Notes: generated by a model not told the origin, from the letters alone. A DNA stretch of 64,000 bases from Candidatus Bathyarchaeota archaeon (GCA_018396865.1 JAGTRB010000005.1:1-64000); one strand, 5' to 3'. Counted from the stretch's first letter, positions 8,579 through 18,903 are shown. Program-made: numbers and translations.

Positions 8579-9787
8579 ATGGAGCCGAGGTTGAGAGAGG
8601 CATTCTCCATGATAGACGGCATGAGGATCCTCGAGCTTGCTAAGAGGCTAATAGAGATCCCCAGCGTCACAGGGGAGGAGTTGAGGGTGGCCCACTACGC
8701 TAAGGAGGTGCTCGAGTCCTCCGGCCTACCAGTCGAGCTCAGGGGCTCAGGGGAGAGGCCCATAGTCCTCTCGAATATAAACCCAGAGAAGTCCCCATAC
8801 ATAGTATTCAACGGCCACCTTGACACGGTTCCGGTTCCGGATCCCTGGGCCTGGACCAGAGACCCCTTCAAGCCCTGGGTTGAAGATGGGAGGCTTTACG
8901 GAAGGGGCTCATCGGATATGAAGGCCTCATGCGCCGTTATCATCCACGCATTGGAGGTTCTGGAGAGGCTGAACCCGAGCTGCTCGGTGGGGATCCAGCT
9001 GGTCCCCGACGAGGAGAGGGGTGGAGGGCAGGGAACCAGGCTCCTGCTGGAGGAGATGATGAAAGGGCAGCTCAGGAAGCCAGACTATGTCGTGATAGGG
9101 GAGAAGAGCAACCTCAAGATCCGGATAGCTGAGAGGGGCCTCTTCCAGTTCCACATAAGGTTCAGGGGGAGGGCTACCCACACCGCCTACGCTAGGGTTG
9201 AGGGGATAAACGCCATAGCCAAGGCCTCGAAGGCTGTCTTATCGCTGGAGAAGGGGATAGATCGATTCCATCCATGGATAGGATACCCGGTCATAAGCGT
9301 GAACACCATAAAGGGAGGGGAGGTCCTTAACCAGGTCCCCGCGGAGTGCATCATCGGTGTGGACAGGAGATTGATAATCGGGGAGACAGCCGAGACGGTG
9401 ATAGCCGAGGTCGAGGAGACTTTGAGGGAGGCTGGAAGGGGAGACCCCGACTGGATTTGGGAGATCCTGGCCGAGAGGGACGAGAGGGGAGGCTACATAT
9501 ATGATCCACCTAACTACACGGATCCGGAGAACGAGCTGGCCAAGGCCTTCCAAAACGCGGTTCGAACAGCGATAGGGGTTGAACCCGAGCTGTTCGTCGA
9601 GTGGGCGGGGGTCACGGACGGCCGATTCTACAGGTACGCCGGCATCCCCACCGTGGGTTTCGGCCCGGTGGGGGAGCACGCCCACGGCCCGGACGAGTTC
9701 GTCTACCTGGACTCCCTAGAGGCACAGGCCAGGGTCTACATAGCCGCGGTGCTGGACCTAGCTGAGAGGGCAAAGAAGAAATTATAA
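8579..9787 (+). CDS. M20-family metallopeptidase (ArgE/DapE-like), second paralog
   Basis: FNGHLDTVPVPDPWAWTRDPFKPWVEDGRLYGRGSSDMKASCAVIIHALE. Confidence 0.85.
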   Translation: MEPRLREAFSMIDGMRILELAKRLIEIPSVTGEELRVAHYAKEVLESSGLPVELRGSGERPIVLSNINPEKSPYIVFNGHLDTVPVPDPWAWTRDPFKPWVEDGRLYGRGSSDMKASCAVIIHALEVLERLNPSCSVGIQLVPDEERGGGQGTRLLLEEMMKGQLRKPDYVVIGEKSNLKIRIAERGLFQFHIRFRGRATHTAYARVEGINAIAKASKAVLSLEKGIDRFHPWIGYPVISVNTIKGGEVLNQVPAECIIGVDRRLIIGETAETVIAEVEETLREAGRGDPDWIWEILAERDERGGYIYDPPNYTDPENELAKAFQNAVRTAIGVEPELFVEWAGVTDGRFYRYAGIPTVGFGPVGEHAHGPDEFVYLDSLEAQARVYIAAVLDLAERAKKKL

Positions 9788-9836
9788 CCGGGGCGGGAGT
9801 ACCCTAAAACCTCTATTCAAAACAGAATGTATAGCC

Positions 9837-12065
9837 TCACTGGCCTCCCTTCTTTATGGAGATGAGTATCTGCATCCTCGTCTCCTCCCCTGTCAACATC
9901 CCCTCGACATAGTACTTGGTCGTGTATTCTCCCTTAACGAGTCCGGCCTCAGAGGATATCCAGAGGGTTCCCTCGGAGATGATCGTCATGTTGGTCTCCT
10001 CCATCATTATCTCATCCCTCTCCTTCAGCTTCACCTCGGCTGTGAAGTAGCTCTTGCCGTCTCCCGCCTCTATCGTCCGGAACCCCTCAACCTCCCCTTC
10101 TCCTGACAGCCTACCCCTATAGGTTCTTCCTTGGATGGTTATGTTGTAGGGGCTTCCGTAGGTCCATCTCTCCCCCTCTGTAAGGGGATAGGGCTCCTCA
10201 GGTATGGGCTCATCGTAGGAGGCCTCCATCCCATCAGACTCCCATCTTAGGAGGGATCCCTCATCGTCGAGGTAGTAGGTGGTGTTCCTGTCTGGGCGTT
10301 CGACCCTGATGATCCCCTCGCTTACCTTCACCCACATCACCATCCGCTCCTCCCCGTCCACCACCTCCCTGTAGACCTTCTCAGTCCCGACCGGTAGCTC
10401 AGGCCTTTTGACCATCCGCTCCTCCTCCACACGCTCAGGGGGTCTGACCTCCACCCTGGATATCGCCGAGACGATGTTAAGGATCAATCTGTAGTTGTCC
10501 TCCACATAGCAGTAGGGCTCCATAAGGAAGGTTATATCGCCGAAGGCGGCGACCGTCCCATTCCTCTCCGCCACTGCGATAGGTGCGTAGACCCCGGGCC
10601 TCTCAGCGGTGGAGGAGTATGTTCCGCCTGGAGCCGTGGCCACCCCCATCCCATCCGAGTATATGTGGGTTGAGGTGAACAGGACGACCCTCCCAAGCCC
10701 ACTCGTCAGGGAGCTGTTGGTGAAATCCCTCAAGATTATGTTCCTATAGAACCCATAGTGATCCTCCTCGTTGTAGAGGTATCCCTTAGCGAAGGATAAC
10801 CCGAATCTGTTAGCAACGGAGTTTATAGGGCCTAGCAGGGATGAGGGGCTAAGGAACTCTGATGATGGATCGGAGAATAGGAGGAGGATGCGCCCCTCAC
10901 CGACGAATTTGGATATCCTATCCACCTCCTTCCTAGAGTAGTCAAGGGTTGGGGCGGCTATTATCAGGGCTGAGGCGTTCTCAAGAGACGAGTCCACATC
11001 CTCCCACTTTGAGGCGAAGCCGAGGGTTATGTTCCTCTTCGAGAGCTCCGCGGCCAGCATGTCGAGTTCCCAAGCCGAGATCATATTCCCATGGGATAGA
11101 TCGACAACGACATTCGCCCCCTCAGCCCTTGAAGACACATTTAGCCTCGGCTCCTCCTCCGGCGATAGGAGAAGAGGGGATCTAGTCCCCCCTCTTAGTG
11201 GTAGGTATAGATAGTAGACCGCTGGAGGAGGATAAATCCTATTTAGGGCCTCAAGGGTCAATGCCTCATCCATAATGCTGGTCTTGTTTGCCATAGAAGA
11301 TAGGGTCTTGGTCGTGTTCAGGGAGGGCTGGATCTCCTCCACACGGTACTCTGTTAGGTTCGCGAGCCTAGCGGCATGCTCAATGGCCGCTTGGAGCGAC
11401 CCGATCTCGTCTATTAGGCCAGCCTCCCTGGCCTCGCTTCCTAGGTATACCAGACCCCTCCTTATAGTGTTGGATGAAACCTTAAGCCTATCCCCCCTTC
11501 CCTTCAAGACGGCTGAGAGGAAGCTCTCCAGGGCGTGGGTGAGGTTGAAGGGGAATAGAATCCTCGAGAAGCCGGTCCACTTCTGAGGCCCTGTCTCTAT
11601 CACCCTCTCAGACGGGATCAAGACCGGGGGGGCGGTCCCAATAACCCCCACGTTCCCAACCATCGATGTGGGGTGGGCGTAGATATAGTCGGCCGCGACG
11701 GCTATGTAATAGCCTCCTGAGAGGGCTGTTACCGCTGCGGCCACGATGGGCTTCTCCCGTTTAAGCTCGAGTATGTCTAGGTAGATCTGCTCGATGAGAT
11801 GGGCGTAACCGCCTGGCGAGTCGATCATCAAGACCACCGCCTTTACGCTCCCGTTCAATAAGGCGTTGTTTATCGAGGAGGTTATCCTCCTAGCATCGGA
11901 GGCTTCTATAATCGTACCTTCCACCCTGATGATCCCGACGATGGGCCTTTCCTTCTCCACCCTCATCACGGGGGTCACGAACTGGTAAAGGAGGCTCGAG
12001 GCCAGTAGGACGCAGAGGATGATTATGACTATGAGGCTCTTACGGGAGACCACACCATAACTCAA
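9837..12065 (-). CDS. sppA: Signal peptide peptidase SppA (S49) fused to a ~450-aa C-terminal extracellular extension
   Basis: N-terminal TM, then the S49 core (IDSPGGYAHLIEQIY...AAAVTALSGGYYIAVAADYIYAHPTSMVGNVGVIGT). The long C-terminal region has many N-x-S/T sequons and a segment resembling GldG/ABC-auxiliary-like folds. That last similarity is a weak impression. Confidence 0.75.
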   Translation of the reverse strand: MSYGVVSRKSLIVIIILCVLLASSLLYQFVTPVMRVEKERPIVGIIRVEGTIIEASDARRITSSINNALLNGSVKAVVLMIDSPGGYAHLIEQIYLDILELKREKPIVAAAVTALSGGYYIAVAADYIYAHPTSMVGNVGVIGTAPPVLIPSERVIETGPQKWTGFSRILFPFNLTHALESFLSAVLKGRGDRLKVSSNTIRRGLVYLGSEAREAGLIDEIGSLQAAIEHAARLANLTEYRVEEIQPSLNTTKTLSSMANKTSIMDEALTLEALNRIYPPPAVYYLYLPLRGGTRSPLLLSPEEEPRLNVSSRAEGANVVVDLSHGNMISAWELDMLAAELSKRNITLGFASKWEDVDSSLENASALIIAAPTLDYSRKEVDRISKFVGEGRILLLFSDPSSEFLSPSSLLGPINSVANRFGLSFAKGYLYNEEDHYGFYRNIILRDFTNSSLTSGLGRVVLFTSTHIYSDGMGVATAPGGTYSSTAERPGVYAPIAVAERNGTVAAFGDITFLMEPYCYVEDNYRLILNIVSAISRVEVRPPERVEEERMVKRPELPVGTEKVYREVVDGEERMVMWVKVSEGIIRVERPDRNTTYYLDDEGSLLRWESDGMEASYDEPIPEEPYPLTEGERWTYGSPYNITIQGRTYRGRLSGEGEVEGFRTIEAGDGKSYFTAEVKLKERDEIMMEETNMTIISEGTLWISSEAGLVKGEYTTKYYVEGMLTGEETRMQILISIKKGGQ

Positions 12066-12192
12066 AAAACCACCTTTGCCATGGGAAATAGCTCATACTA
12101 ATATAAATTTTTAATCATCTTATTTTTAATCACTAAATATGGGGGACAAGAGGTGAGATATATTCAATCCTAAAAATGGGGAAGTTGTCCAG

Positions 12193-12699
12193 TTAAGTTG
12201 CTCTATATATCCTGATCCTTTTCTTCAGAGCCATGGATACTGGTATTCCGACTATGCCAGCGACGGCCATTTGAACCATATTGAAGGGGAGTTCCACGAA
12301 GGCGCCAGCCCCATAACCCAAGATAGAGTACTCCACCACGAAGTAGCCTGTCACCATAACCGTCCCGCCAGCCAGCCAAGCTAGGAGAATCATCAATCGC
12401 CCTCTCTCCTTCCACCTGGAGTAGATCCATCCAGCCAATAACCCTTCAAGCCCCTTTATAACGAGGGTATATGGTGCGAAGAAGGAGTAGCCCATTATGA
12501 TATCCGCCAGCGATGAGCCTATCCCCCCGGCAGCAGCTCCGACTAAGGGGCCGAAGGTCAGGGCCGCCACCATAACCATTGCATCCCCCACATTGAAGTA
12601 TCCCTGCGTTGCAGGTATGGGTACGATTATGAAGATCGTAGCGACGCAGACAAGGGCAGCCATTATCGAGGATGCGGCAAGGCCACCTGCTCTCATCAT
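12193..12699 (-). CDS. ECF-transporter S-component-like membrane protein
   Basis: 168 aa with 5-6 TM segments, and IVPIPATQGYFNVGDAMVMVAALTFGPLVGAAAG, which is typical of ECF substrate-capture subunits. No ECF T or A components are nearby. Confidence 0.55.
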   Translation of the reverse strand: MMRAGGLAASSIMAALVCVATIFIIVPIPATQGYFNVGDAMVMVAALTFGPLVGAAAGGIGSSLADIIMGYSFFAPYTLVIKGLEGLLAGWIYSRWKERGRLMILLAWLAGGTVMVTGYFVVEYSILGYGAGAFVELPFNMVQMAVAGIVGIPVSMALKKRIRIYRAT

Positions 12700-12848
12700 A
12701 TTCTAGTTATGACTAGAATATTTAAATCTAGGCATCACTAACATGCACCACCCGGCAATAAGCGTTCGAAAGAACCCTCGACTAGAAGGAGAGCCCCTCT
12801 CTGTAGAAGAATCTTTTAAGTTCTTTTACGATTTAACTTGATAAAAAG

Positions 12849-13553
12849 ATGGGAGAAGTTCCCCAAAGGGGTTTCCCTAGTGATCGGTTGTGGGAGGAGA
12901 AGGAGCCGGAGAAGGGTTTAGGGAGAAGGGACGAGAGAGAGCTCAGGAACAGGTTCTTCTCAAAGCTGATCAGGGCCGGGATTATAATAAATACACACAT
13001 AATCTCGGAGTACTCCGATAAATACCTGGAGCTTGCGAGGAGGTTCAGGGAATTAGATCGAGAGGATGCCAAGTGGATGGCATCGGCGGAGATCGATGCC
13101 CTAGCTGATAAGATAACCTCCCAGCTGAGCCGAATAGTTAGGAGGCCTAGAGCCCCAGTCTCAGTCGCCCCGCCCCCGAGGGTTGCTGGGAGGCCCTCCC
13201 CCGTCTGGGCCCCCCCATACAGGTATAAGGGGGAGGATGAGGATTCGGGGAAGGCCATAATAGACTTCTCCCCTGAGGAGTTCGCATTATACAAGGATTT
13301 CTTGATCAGGAAGGGGTTCAAACCTGAACGAATAGAGAAGATCTCTCCATACAGTAGAAATCTTCCATACTATAAGGAATTCTACGAGTGGATGACATCA
13401 AGAGAGATAGAGCCTAGATTAAAAAATATGTTTGAAAAATGGCTCTGGAGAGCTAGAGGACTAAGAATCCAAGATTATAATGATCTACCGGAAGAACTTA
13501 AAAAGATAATAAGAGCAGCTTTCAGAGAATTCCATAAAATAATAGAGCCCTAA
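12849..13553 (+). CDS. Hypothetical protein (234 aa)
   Basis: Preferred over the low-complexity antisense ORF 12833-13321. The C-terminal third is encoded by AT-rich DNA. Confidence 0.45.
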   Translation: MGEVPQRGFPSDRLWEEKEPEKGLGRRDERELRNRFFSKLIRAGIIINTHIISEYSDKYLELARRFRELDREDAKWMASAEIDALADKITSQLSRIVRRPRAPVSVAPPPRVAGRPSPVWAPPYRYKGEDEDSGKAIIDFSPEEFALYKDFLIRKGFKPERIEKISPYSRNLPYYKEFYEWMTSREIEPRLKNMFEKWLWRARGLRIQDYNDLPEELKKIIRAAFREFHKIIEP

Positions 13554-13721
13554 ACATAAACATTTAAAAATAGAGATATATCAAAGTTTTCATGCAAATA
13601 TTATCTATAGTTAAATATCCCTAGAAAGTCAATGAGGGAGATCCTGAATTCTAAAGATCAATAATTTACAGGAATTTTACAGAAAAATTTAAATATAGAA
13701 TTTATCTTTATATTTAATGTA

Positions 13722-13913
13722 ATGAAAACTGTATATAGACTTGGAGTCATAGTCTTCCTCCTTCTCGGAATCTCAACCTTTATACCTGCTCCGGCAAGCA
13801 AACCATCCCTACTCGGGTATTATGCTCACTGCTCTATAACCCCAGTAAGCACGATAATTCTCTTGGTCATAGCTGGACTGATATACTGGCTCGGAAAGAG
13901 AAGAGAAAAATAA
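13722..13913 (+). CDS. Hypothetical small two-TM membrane protein (63 aa)
   Basis: Two hydrophobic helices and a C-terminal KRREK. Sits in an AT-rich intergenic region; weak call. Confidence 0.3.
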   Translation: MKTVYRLGVIVFLLLGISTFIPAPASKPSLLGYYAHCSITPVSTIILLVIAGLIYWLGKRREK

Positions 13914-13971
13914 ATTTTTTTAAGATATGTTTTATATTTTCTAATTTTTTCTCAACGCTTCATTTAAGCTT

Positions 13972-15744
13972 TCAGACATAGTAGTATCTTCCCTCCCTCT
14001 TCTGCTCACGGTCGAGCTTCGAGCCTTCCTTGTTTACCCTAGGCCTCTTCGTGTCCTGGTCTCTCCTGAAGGTTACCCCCATCTCCTTGAGGAAGGTGTT
14101 CATCCCCTCCTCGAGTCCCTGGGGCCTTCCACCCAGCCCCCTGAGGCCGCTCTGCCCAGTGAATACCATCAGCCTGTCGGCTATGAAGTCCTGGGCCACT
14201 ATGTCGTGCTCCACGACTATCGCTGTGGAGCCGTTCATCTTGGTTATCCTCCTTATGGCCCGGGCCATGGAGAGGCGCTCCTCGACATCTAGGTAGGCGC
14301 TAGGCTCGTCTAAGAGGTAGATATCTGCCTCTGTGGAGAGGCATCTGGCTATGGCCACGCGCTGGAGTTCCCCCCCGCTCAGGTCCTCCACACCCCTCTC
14401 CAGAAGCCTCTTTAGGTTTAGGGGCTCAATGACCTCCGCAGCGAACCAGTTCTCCTCATATCTCCTCCCCGCAGCCCCCTTCAGAATGTCTTCAACCCTC
14501 CCCTCCATCGTGCCCGTGAGGTACTGAGGCTTATAGCTCATCTTCACCTCTCCGCAGATAACCGAGCCATAATCCGGGGTCTCCAGCCCTGCAAGCATCT
14601 TCACGAAGGTCGTCTTTCCAACCCCGTTCTTCCCCAGCACCCCTATCACCTCTCCCTCCCCTATCTCCCCAGGTTCGACGTTGAGGGTGAAATTCCCGTA
14701 GGATTTCCTCAGCTCAGACCACCTCAGCAGGGGCCTCGATCTGGCCGGGGGCTGCGTTGGAGGCTTCACGTGGAAGGCTATGGGGGCCTCCCTGAAGCGG
14801 ATGTTCTCGTCAGGTATGTAGCCCCTGATGTAGATGTTTATTCCCTCCCTAACCCCATGAACCTTCGAGACTATCCCGTAGACGCCCGGCTCGCCGTAGA
14901 AGAGGAATATGTCGTCTGAGAGGTAATCTAGAACAGCTAGATCATGCTCCGCGACGAGTACCATCTTCCCCTCCAATGTTAGGGTCCTGATAACCTTGGC
15001 CGCGTTCATCCGCTGGTAGATGTCCAAGTGGCTTGAGGGCTCGTCGAAGAGGTACACATCGGCCTCCCTGCAGGCTGCAGCCGCTATGGCCACTCGTTGA
15101 AGCTCACCTCCGCTGAGGACGTCGAAGCTCCTCTCTAGGAGCCCCTCTAGCTCAAGGGCCTCAACCATCACCTTGAGGGCTCCCCTCTCGTCGAGCCTGC
15201 TGAGGACCTCCCCGACCCTTCCAGAGACGGCCTTAGGGATGAGGTCAACGTACTGGGGCTTATACACCGCCCTCATCCTCTTCTCGTATATATCCATGAG
15301 ATAATCGTGGAGGGGGAGCCCTGCGAAGCTCCTCAATATCTCATCCCTGCTTGGGGGGTTTGAGAATGATCCTAGGTTAGGAGTAACCTCTCCAGAGAGG
15401 ATCCTCAATGCCAGGGTCTTCCCCATCCCGTTTCTTCCAAGGAGGCCCACAACCGCACCTCTCCTGGGTGTGGGGAGCCTGTATAGGGCGAAGGTGTTGG
15501 GGCCGAACCTATGGATCAGGTCGGAGCCCAGCTCGTCGGGGAGGTTCACAACCTTCAGGGCCTGGAAGGGGCATTTTCTGACGCATATGCCGCAGCCGCT
15601 GCAGAGGGGCTCGGCCACGTAGGCCCTACCCCCCTCCACCCTTATAGCCTCCCTCCTGCTCCGGACCATGGGGCAGAATCGGACGCAGACCATGTCGCAC
15701 TTATCAGGCCTGCATCTCTCCTCCTCGACTACAGCGACCCTCAA
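13972..15744 (-). CDS. abcE1: ABCE1 (RNase L inhibitor / ribosome recycling factor): 2x[4Fe-4S] plus twin ABC ATPase
   Basis: N-terminal CRPDKCDMVCVRFCP...CSGCGICVRKCP ferredoxin motifs, followed by two Walker A/B ABC cassettes with LSGGELQRVAIA signatures. Confidence 0.95.
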   Translation of the reverse strand: MRVAVVEEERCRPDKCDMVCVRFCPMVRSRREAIRVEGGRAYVAEPLCSGCGICVRKCPFQALKVVNLPDELGSDLIHRFGPNTFALYRLPTPRRGAVVGLLGRNGMGKTLALRILSGEVTPNLGSFSNPPSRDEILRSFAGLPLHDYLMDIYEKRMRAVYKPQYVDLIPKAVSGRVGEVLSRLDERGALKVMVEALELEGLLERSFDVLSGGELQRVAIAAAACREADVYLFDEPSSHLDIYQRMNAAKVIRTLTLEGKMVLVAEHDLAVLDYLSDDIFLFYGEPGVYGIVSKVHGVREGINIYIRGYIPDENIRFREAPIAFHVKPPTQPPARSRPLLRWSELRKSYGNFTLNVEPGEIGEGEVIGVLGKNGVGKTTFVKMLAGLETPDYGSVICGEVKMSYKPQYLTGTMEGRVEDILKGAAGRRYEENWFAAEVIEPLNLKRLLERGVEDLSGGELQRVAIARCLSTEADIYLLDEPSAYLDVEERLSMARAIRRITKMNGSTAIVVEHDIVAQDFIADRLMVFTGQSGLRGLGGRPQGLEEGMNTFLKEMGVTFRRDQDTKRPRVNKEGSKLDREQKREGRYYYV

Positions 15745-15927
15745 CCCTCAACCCTCAATATGTTCTCTCGAATCTCCCCTCTTTTAATGCGGTATCCCCT
15801 CATAGTAGTATCTATCCTATATGGTCGGGTCCTCCATGTCCCTGATTTTCGGGCAATCCCACCCGCTTATCCCTGAGCCTCCTGAAGTCATCTCCTCGAT
15901 GTTGAAAACCTTACCTAAAGGTTCGGC

Positions 15928-16449
15928 TTAAACCTTTTTTGGAAATATGAAGAGTTCCGAAGTTTTTCTTTCACCGTGAATCATCCTCCTCATCTCTATG
16001 CCCTCAACCTCCGCCAACACGATCTCCACATTCACCCATGTTATGCATCCCTCCGTCAGATGGCCGCCAAACACCATGACCTCGCCATCCACGACCTTTG
16101 AGACGCATATATGGGCGTGAATAAAGGACCCACCATCCCCCCTCGCGATGGTTCCAGAGGCCGAGAGTATCTCGAGGGGCCCCTTAACCTCCTTATATAG
16201 CCTCTCAGCATCGGTCACGGGCAGTTGCTCCGGGAAGCGTGCCACATTCCTCAGAATAGCCCTCCTGAGGCTCCCTATTATGGAGAGGATGAAACCCCCC
16301 TCTATCCCCTCATCCTCAACCATCTTCTTCAGGGCCAGTAATAGGTCGTGCCCTGGCTCGATCTTCCCCACAAGCACCCTCTTGATCCTGCAATTCCCAG
16401 ACTCAAAGGTCCTCTCTAGAGACATCTCGAAATCTCTCGCAGATTCCAT
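15928..16449 (-). CDS. PPC/DUF296-domain protein
   Basis: Central ILSASGTI...HAHICV pattern of the PPC domain. Confidence 0.5.
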   Translation of the reverse strand: MESARDFEMSLERTFESGNCRIKRVLVGKIEPGHDLLLALKKMVEDEGIEGGFILSIIGSLRRAILRNVARFPEQLPVTDAERLYKEVKGPLEILSASGTIARGDGGSFIHAHICVSKVVDGEVMVFGGHLTEGCITWVNVEIVLAEVEGIEMRRMIHGERKTSELFIFPKKV

Positions 16450-16515
16450 AAATAATGTTTCCGGGCCTCCTTGGAAGCCTTCGAGAGCGTTAAATCATCC
16501 GGTATCCGTTAGATC

Positions 16516-17298
16516 TTGAGATCGATGTCTCCTCCAAAGGCGGTTGCCGTGGTAGGCTTCAAGGGGGCTGGAAAGACGAGGGTTGTCGAGGCCCTAGTCC
16601 GAGAGCTCTCTCGACGAGGCTATCGGGTTGGAACGTTGAAACATGCTTCTGGTGAGCATCCCCTAGATACCCCTGGAAAGGATACATATCGGCATATGGA
16701 GGCAGGCTCATACTCAACAGCTATCCTGACCTCCAAGGGCTCCGCTGTCTATCTCAACCACCCCGTAGACTTGAGGGAGATCATACCCCTCCTTGGACCG
16801 GTTGACTTCATTATCTTGGAGGGTTTCAAATCCCTAGATATGGTAGCCCGAATAATAGTGCCCAAAGCCCCGGGGGATATAGAGCCCTTATCTAACGGCT
16901 TGGAGATAGCGGTTGTCCCCCCATCGGGTGTAGAGGCACCCCTATACGAGAAAGATATACCTGTATTCCCGATAAGCGGGATAGGAGAACTCGTTGACCT
17001 GATCTTGGGAAAGGCTTTCCCGATCCTCCCAGGATTGGACTGCGGCTCCTGCGGCTATGAGGGCTGTAAAGCCCTTGCCAAGGCGATCCTAGCGGGTAAA
17101 GCTACGGCGGAGAGATGCACGGCTCTGTTTGGTGGAGGGGTTAGGCTGAAGGTTGATGGGAAAACAATACCGTTGAACCCCTTTGTAAGGAGCTTCATGG
17201 GGAATGTTGTTCTGGGCATGGTGAGAACCCTAAAGGGGGTTGAGAGGCCGAAGGGGATCGAGATATCCGTGGATGTGGGGGAGTTGGAGGATGGATGA
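16516..17298 (+). CDS. mobB: MobB-like P-loop protein (molybdopterin-guanine dinucleotide biosynthesis adapter) fused to a 4-Cys putative Fe-S domain
   Basis: VAVVGFKGAGKT Walker A plus LKHASGEH, then C-terminal CGSCGYEGCKALAKAILAGKATAERC, which resembles the CdhE/RnfC-type FeS domain. Confidence 0.7.
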   Translation: MRSMSPPKAVAVVGFKGAGKTRVVEALVRELSRRGYRVGTLKHASGEHPLDTPGKDTYRHMEAGSYSTAILTSKGSAVYLNHPVDLREIIPLLGPVDFIILEGFKSLDMVARIIVPKAPGDIEPLSNGLEIAVVPPSGVEAPLYEKDIPVFPISGIGELVDLILGKAFPILPGLDCGSCGYEGCKALAKAILAGKATAERCTALFGGGVRLKVDGKTIPLNPFVRSFMGNVVLGMVRTLKGVERPKGIEISVDVGELEDG

Positions 17299-18013
17299 GC
17301 CTATAAGGGTGGTAGTAGACAGCCTAGAGGCCTCCGCACATGATGAGGTCGTTAGCTATCTTAGGCTCGCTGGATGCGAGGTTGAGGTGAGAAGGCTTCC
17401 AGTATGCGACTTCGTAGTCTCGGACAGGTGTGGGGTTGAGAGGAAGGATGTGGATGACTTCCTCGGAAGCCTCAAAGATGGACGCCTCTTCAGCCAGGCG
17501 AAGGAGATGGCCTCCACCTATGAGAGGCCAATACTGGTGTTGGAGGGGCACCTACCAAGGGCCCTAAAGCACACAAGGGTCAGATCCTCATCCGTCTACG
17601 GCGCCTTGGCGAGCCTAGCCCTAGACTTCGGCTTCTCCATAATCCCAACGGATAATCTCGATTCGACCTCGATGCTCATCCATAGACTAGCCTACAGAGA
17701 GCAGGTGAGAGAGAAGCGCCCTATCCAGCTGAGGGAGATTAAGAGGAGGGTTCCCCTCCAGGAGCAGCAGATCTTCCTCTTGTCAGGTATACCAAAGATA
17801 GGGAGAACCCTAGCCGAGGAGCTCCTAAACCATTTCGGGACTCCCTTAAGGGTTTTCGAGGAGTTCGGGAGGGCTGAGGTGGAGACCTCCAAGAGCGGGA
17901 AGACAAAAAGGATAATCGGACCTATAGGAGATGTAAGAGGAATAGGGCCATCCATCGTCGAGGGTGCTAAGAGGCTCCTGACAACCCCATACGACAACCC
18001 TAGCCTTATTTAA
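17291..18013 (+). CDS. xpf: Short archaeal XPF/ERCC4-type structure-specific nuclease with C-terminal (HhH)2
   Basis: ERCC4 nuclease core (VVDSLEASAHDEV...VCDFVVSDRCGVERKDVDDFLGS) and C-terminal LLSGIPKIGRTLAEELLNHFG. The ATG at 17291 overlaps the mobB stop by 8 bp. Confidence 0.85.
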   Translation: MDEPIRVVVDSLEASAHDEVVSYLRLAGCEVEVRRLPVCDFVVSDRCGVERKDVDDFLGSLKDGRLFSQAKEMASTYERPILVLEGHLPRALKHTRVRSSSVYGALASLALDFGFSIIPTDNLDSTSMLIHRLAYREQVREKRPIQLREIKRRVPLQEQQIFLLSGIPKIGRTLAEELLNHFGTPLRVFEEFGRAEVETSKSGKTKRIIGPIGDVRGIGPSIVEGAKRLLTTPYDNPSLI

Positions 18014-18064
18014 AGTCGAACCAAAGAATAAGGTGTAAGCTATTAAATTGAGCATATTAATGTC

Positions 18065-18507
18065 CTACTTACACCGACTTAACCATTCTGCTATATATCT
18101 GGAGAATATCTCAAAATCTGATATCTTTGTTTGTGGAAATTCGTAGACGAGGTCTATATTTATGGATGCATACTCTTGGACGAGGAGATTTCGGAATCCT
18201 ATCATTGAAGCCATTACAATTTCAAAATTCTCCGGGATTATGCCGGCCTCCGCCAGGATGCTTAGGATATCTCCGTAGCTTTCAGGCCTTTAAGTTGGAG
18301 CTGAGATGATCTCATTGCCGATATCTAGATGCACTCGATGGAAACCTGAAGATACCTTTCAGCTGCTCCACTAATTATAAAATCTGCTTTGAAATCTTTC
18401 AAAGAGGTTTTTCGAATATCTTTAAAATATTTTATACACTGTTTAAGTTTACTTAATTTTGTCGTTATTAATTTTTTATCTATTTCAGAATTTGCTTCAT
18501 CATACAT
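18065..18507 (-). pseudogene. Disrupted HEPN (DUF86/HepT-like) toxin gene: in-frame TAG, frameshift, and R-x4-6-H degraded to Q
   Basis: ...AERYLQVSIECI, then TAG, then IGNEIIS; a frameshift, then ...IVMASMIGFRNLLVQEYASINIDLVYEF, which is the DUF86 C-terminal motif with His replaced by Gln. AT-rich DNA. Confidence 0.65.
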
Positions 18508-18546
18508 TCATCATACCTCTCTATGGCTCTTCTAAAATCCAAATAT

Positions 18547-18903
18547 TCACAATTTAACTATTATAGATTTCGCCTCAAAATTTATTCTTGATCCTTCACT
18601 TCTGCAATAAATAACTTCACCATTTTTTATTATCTGAAATTTCAGCAGAGTGGAGCGAGATTAATAATAGTTAAATCTACATTATTTCCAACCATTCCAG
18701 TAAGCATATCAACAATATGTAAATAATATTCAAGAAGTTTTTGGGACTTCAGAAAGTAAGATAGCTATGTCAATGTCACTTTGAGAAGTTTGACCTCCTC
18801 TTAAATAGGATGCAAAAAGATAGGCAACTAAAACACTTTCCTCATTTTCGAATAGCTTCCTAAGCTTTTTTATAACCTCTTCCAGCATATTACATTCAAC
18901 CAT
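18547..18903 (-). pseudogene. Disrupted minimal nucleotidyltransferase (MNT) antitoxin gene with two frameshifts
   Basis: Reverse-strand translation gives MVECNMLEEVIKKLRKLFENEESVLVAYLFASYLRGGQTSQSDIDIAIL, the GS...SDIDIAI NTase motif. The reading then continues only after two frame changes (LEYYLHIVDMLTGMVGNNVDLTIINL... / ...KFQIIKNGEVIYCRSEGSRINFEAKSIIV). Confidence 0.6.

Noticed and set aside
12833-13321. Minus-strand 162-aa ORF
   Set aside because: Low-complexity S/L-rich translation. It is antisense to the better plus-strand ORF 12849-13553.
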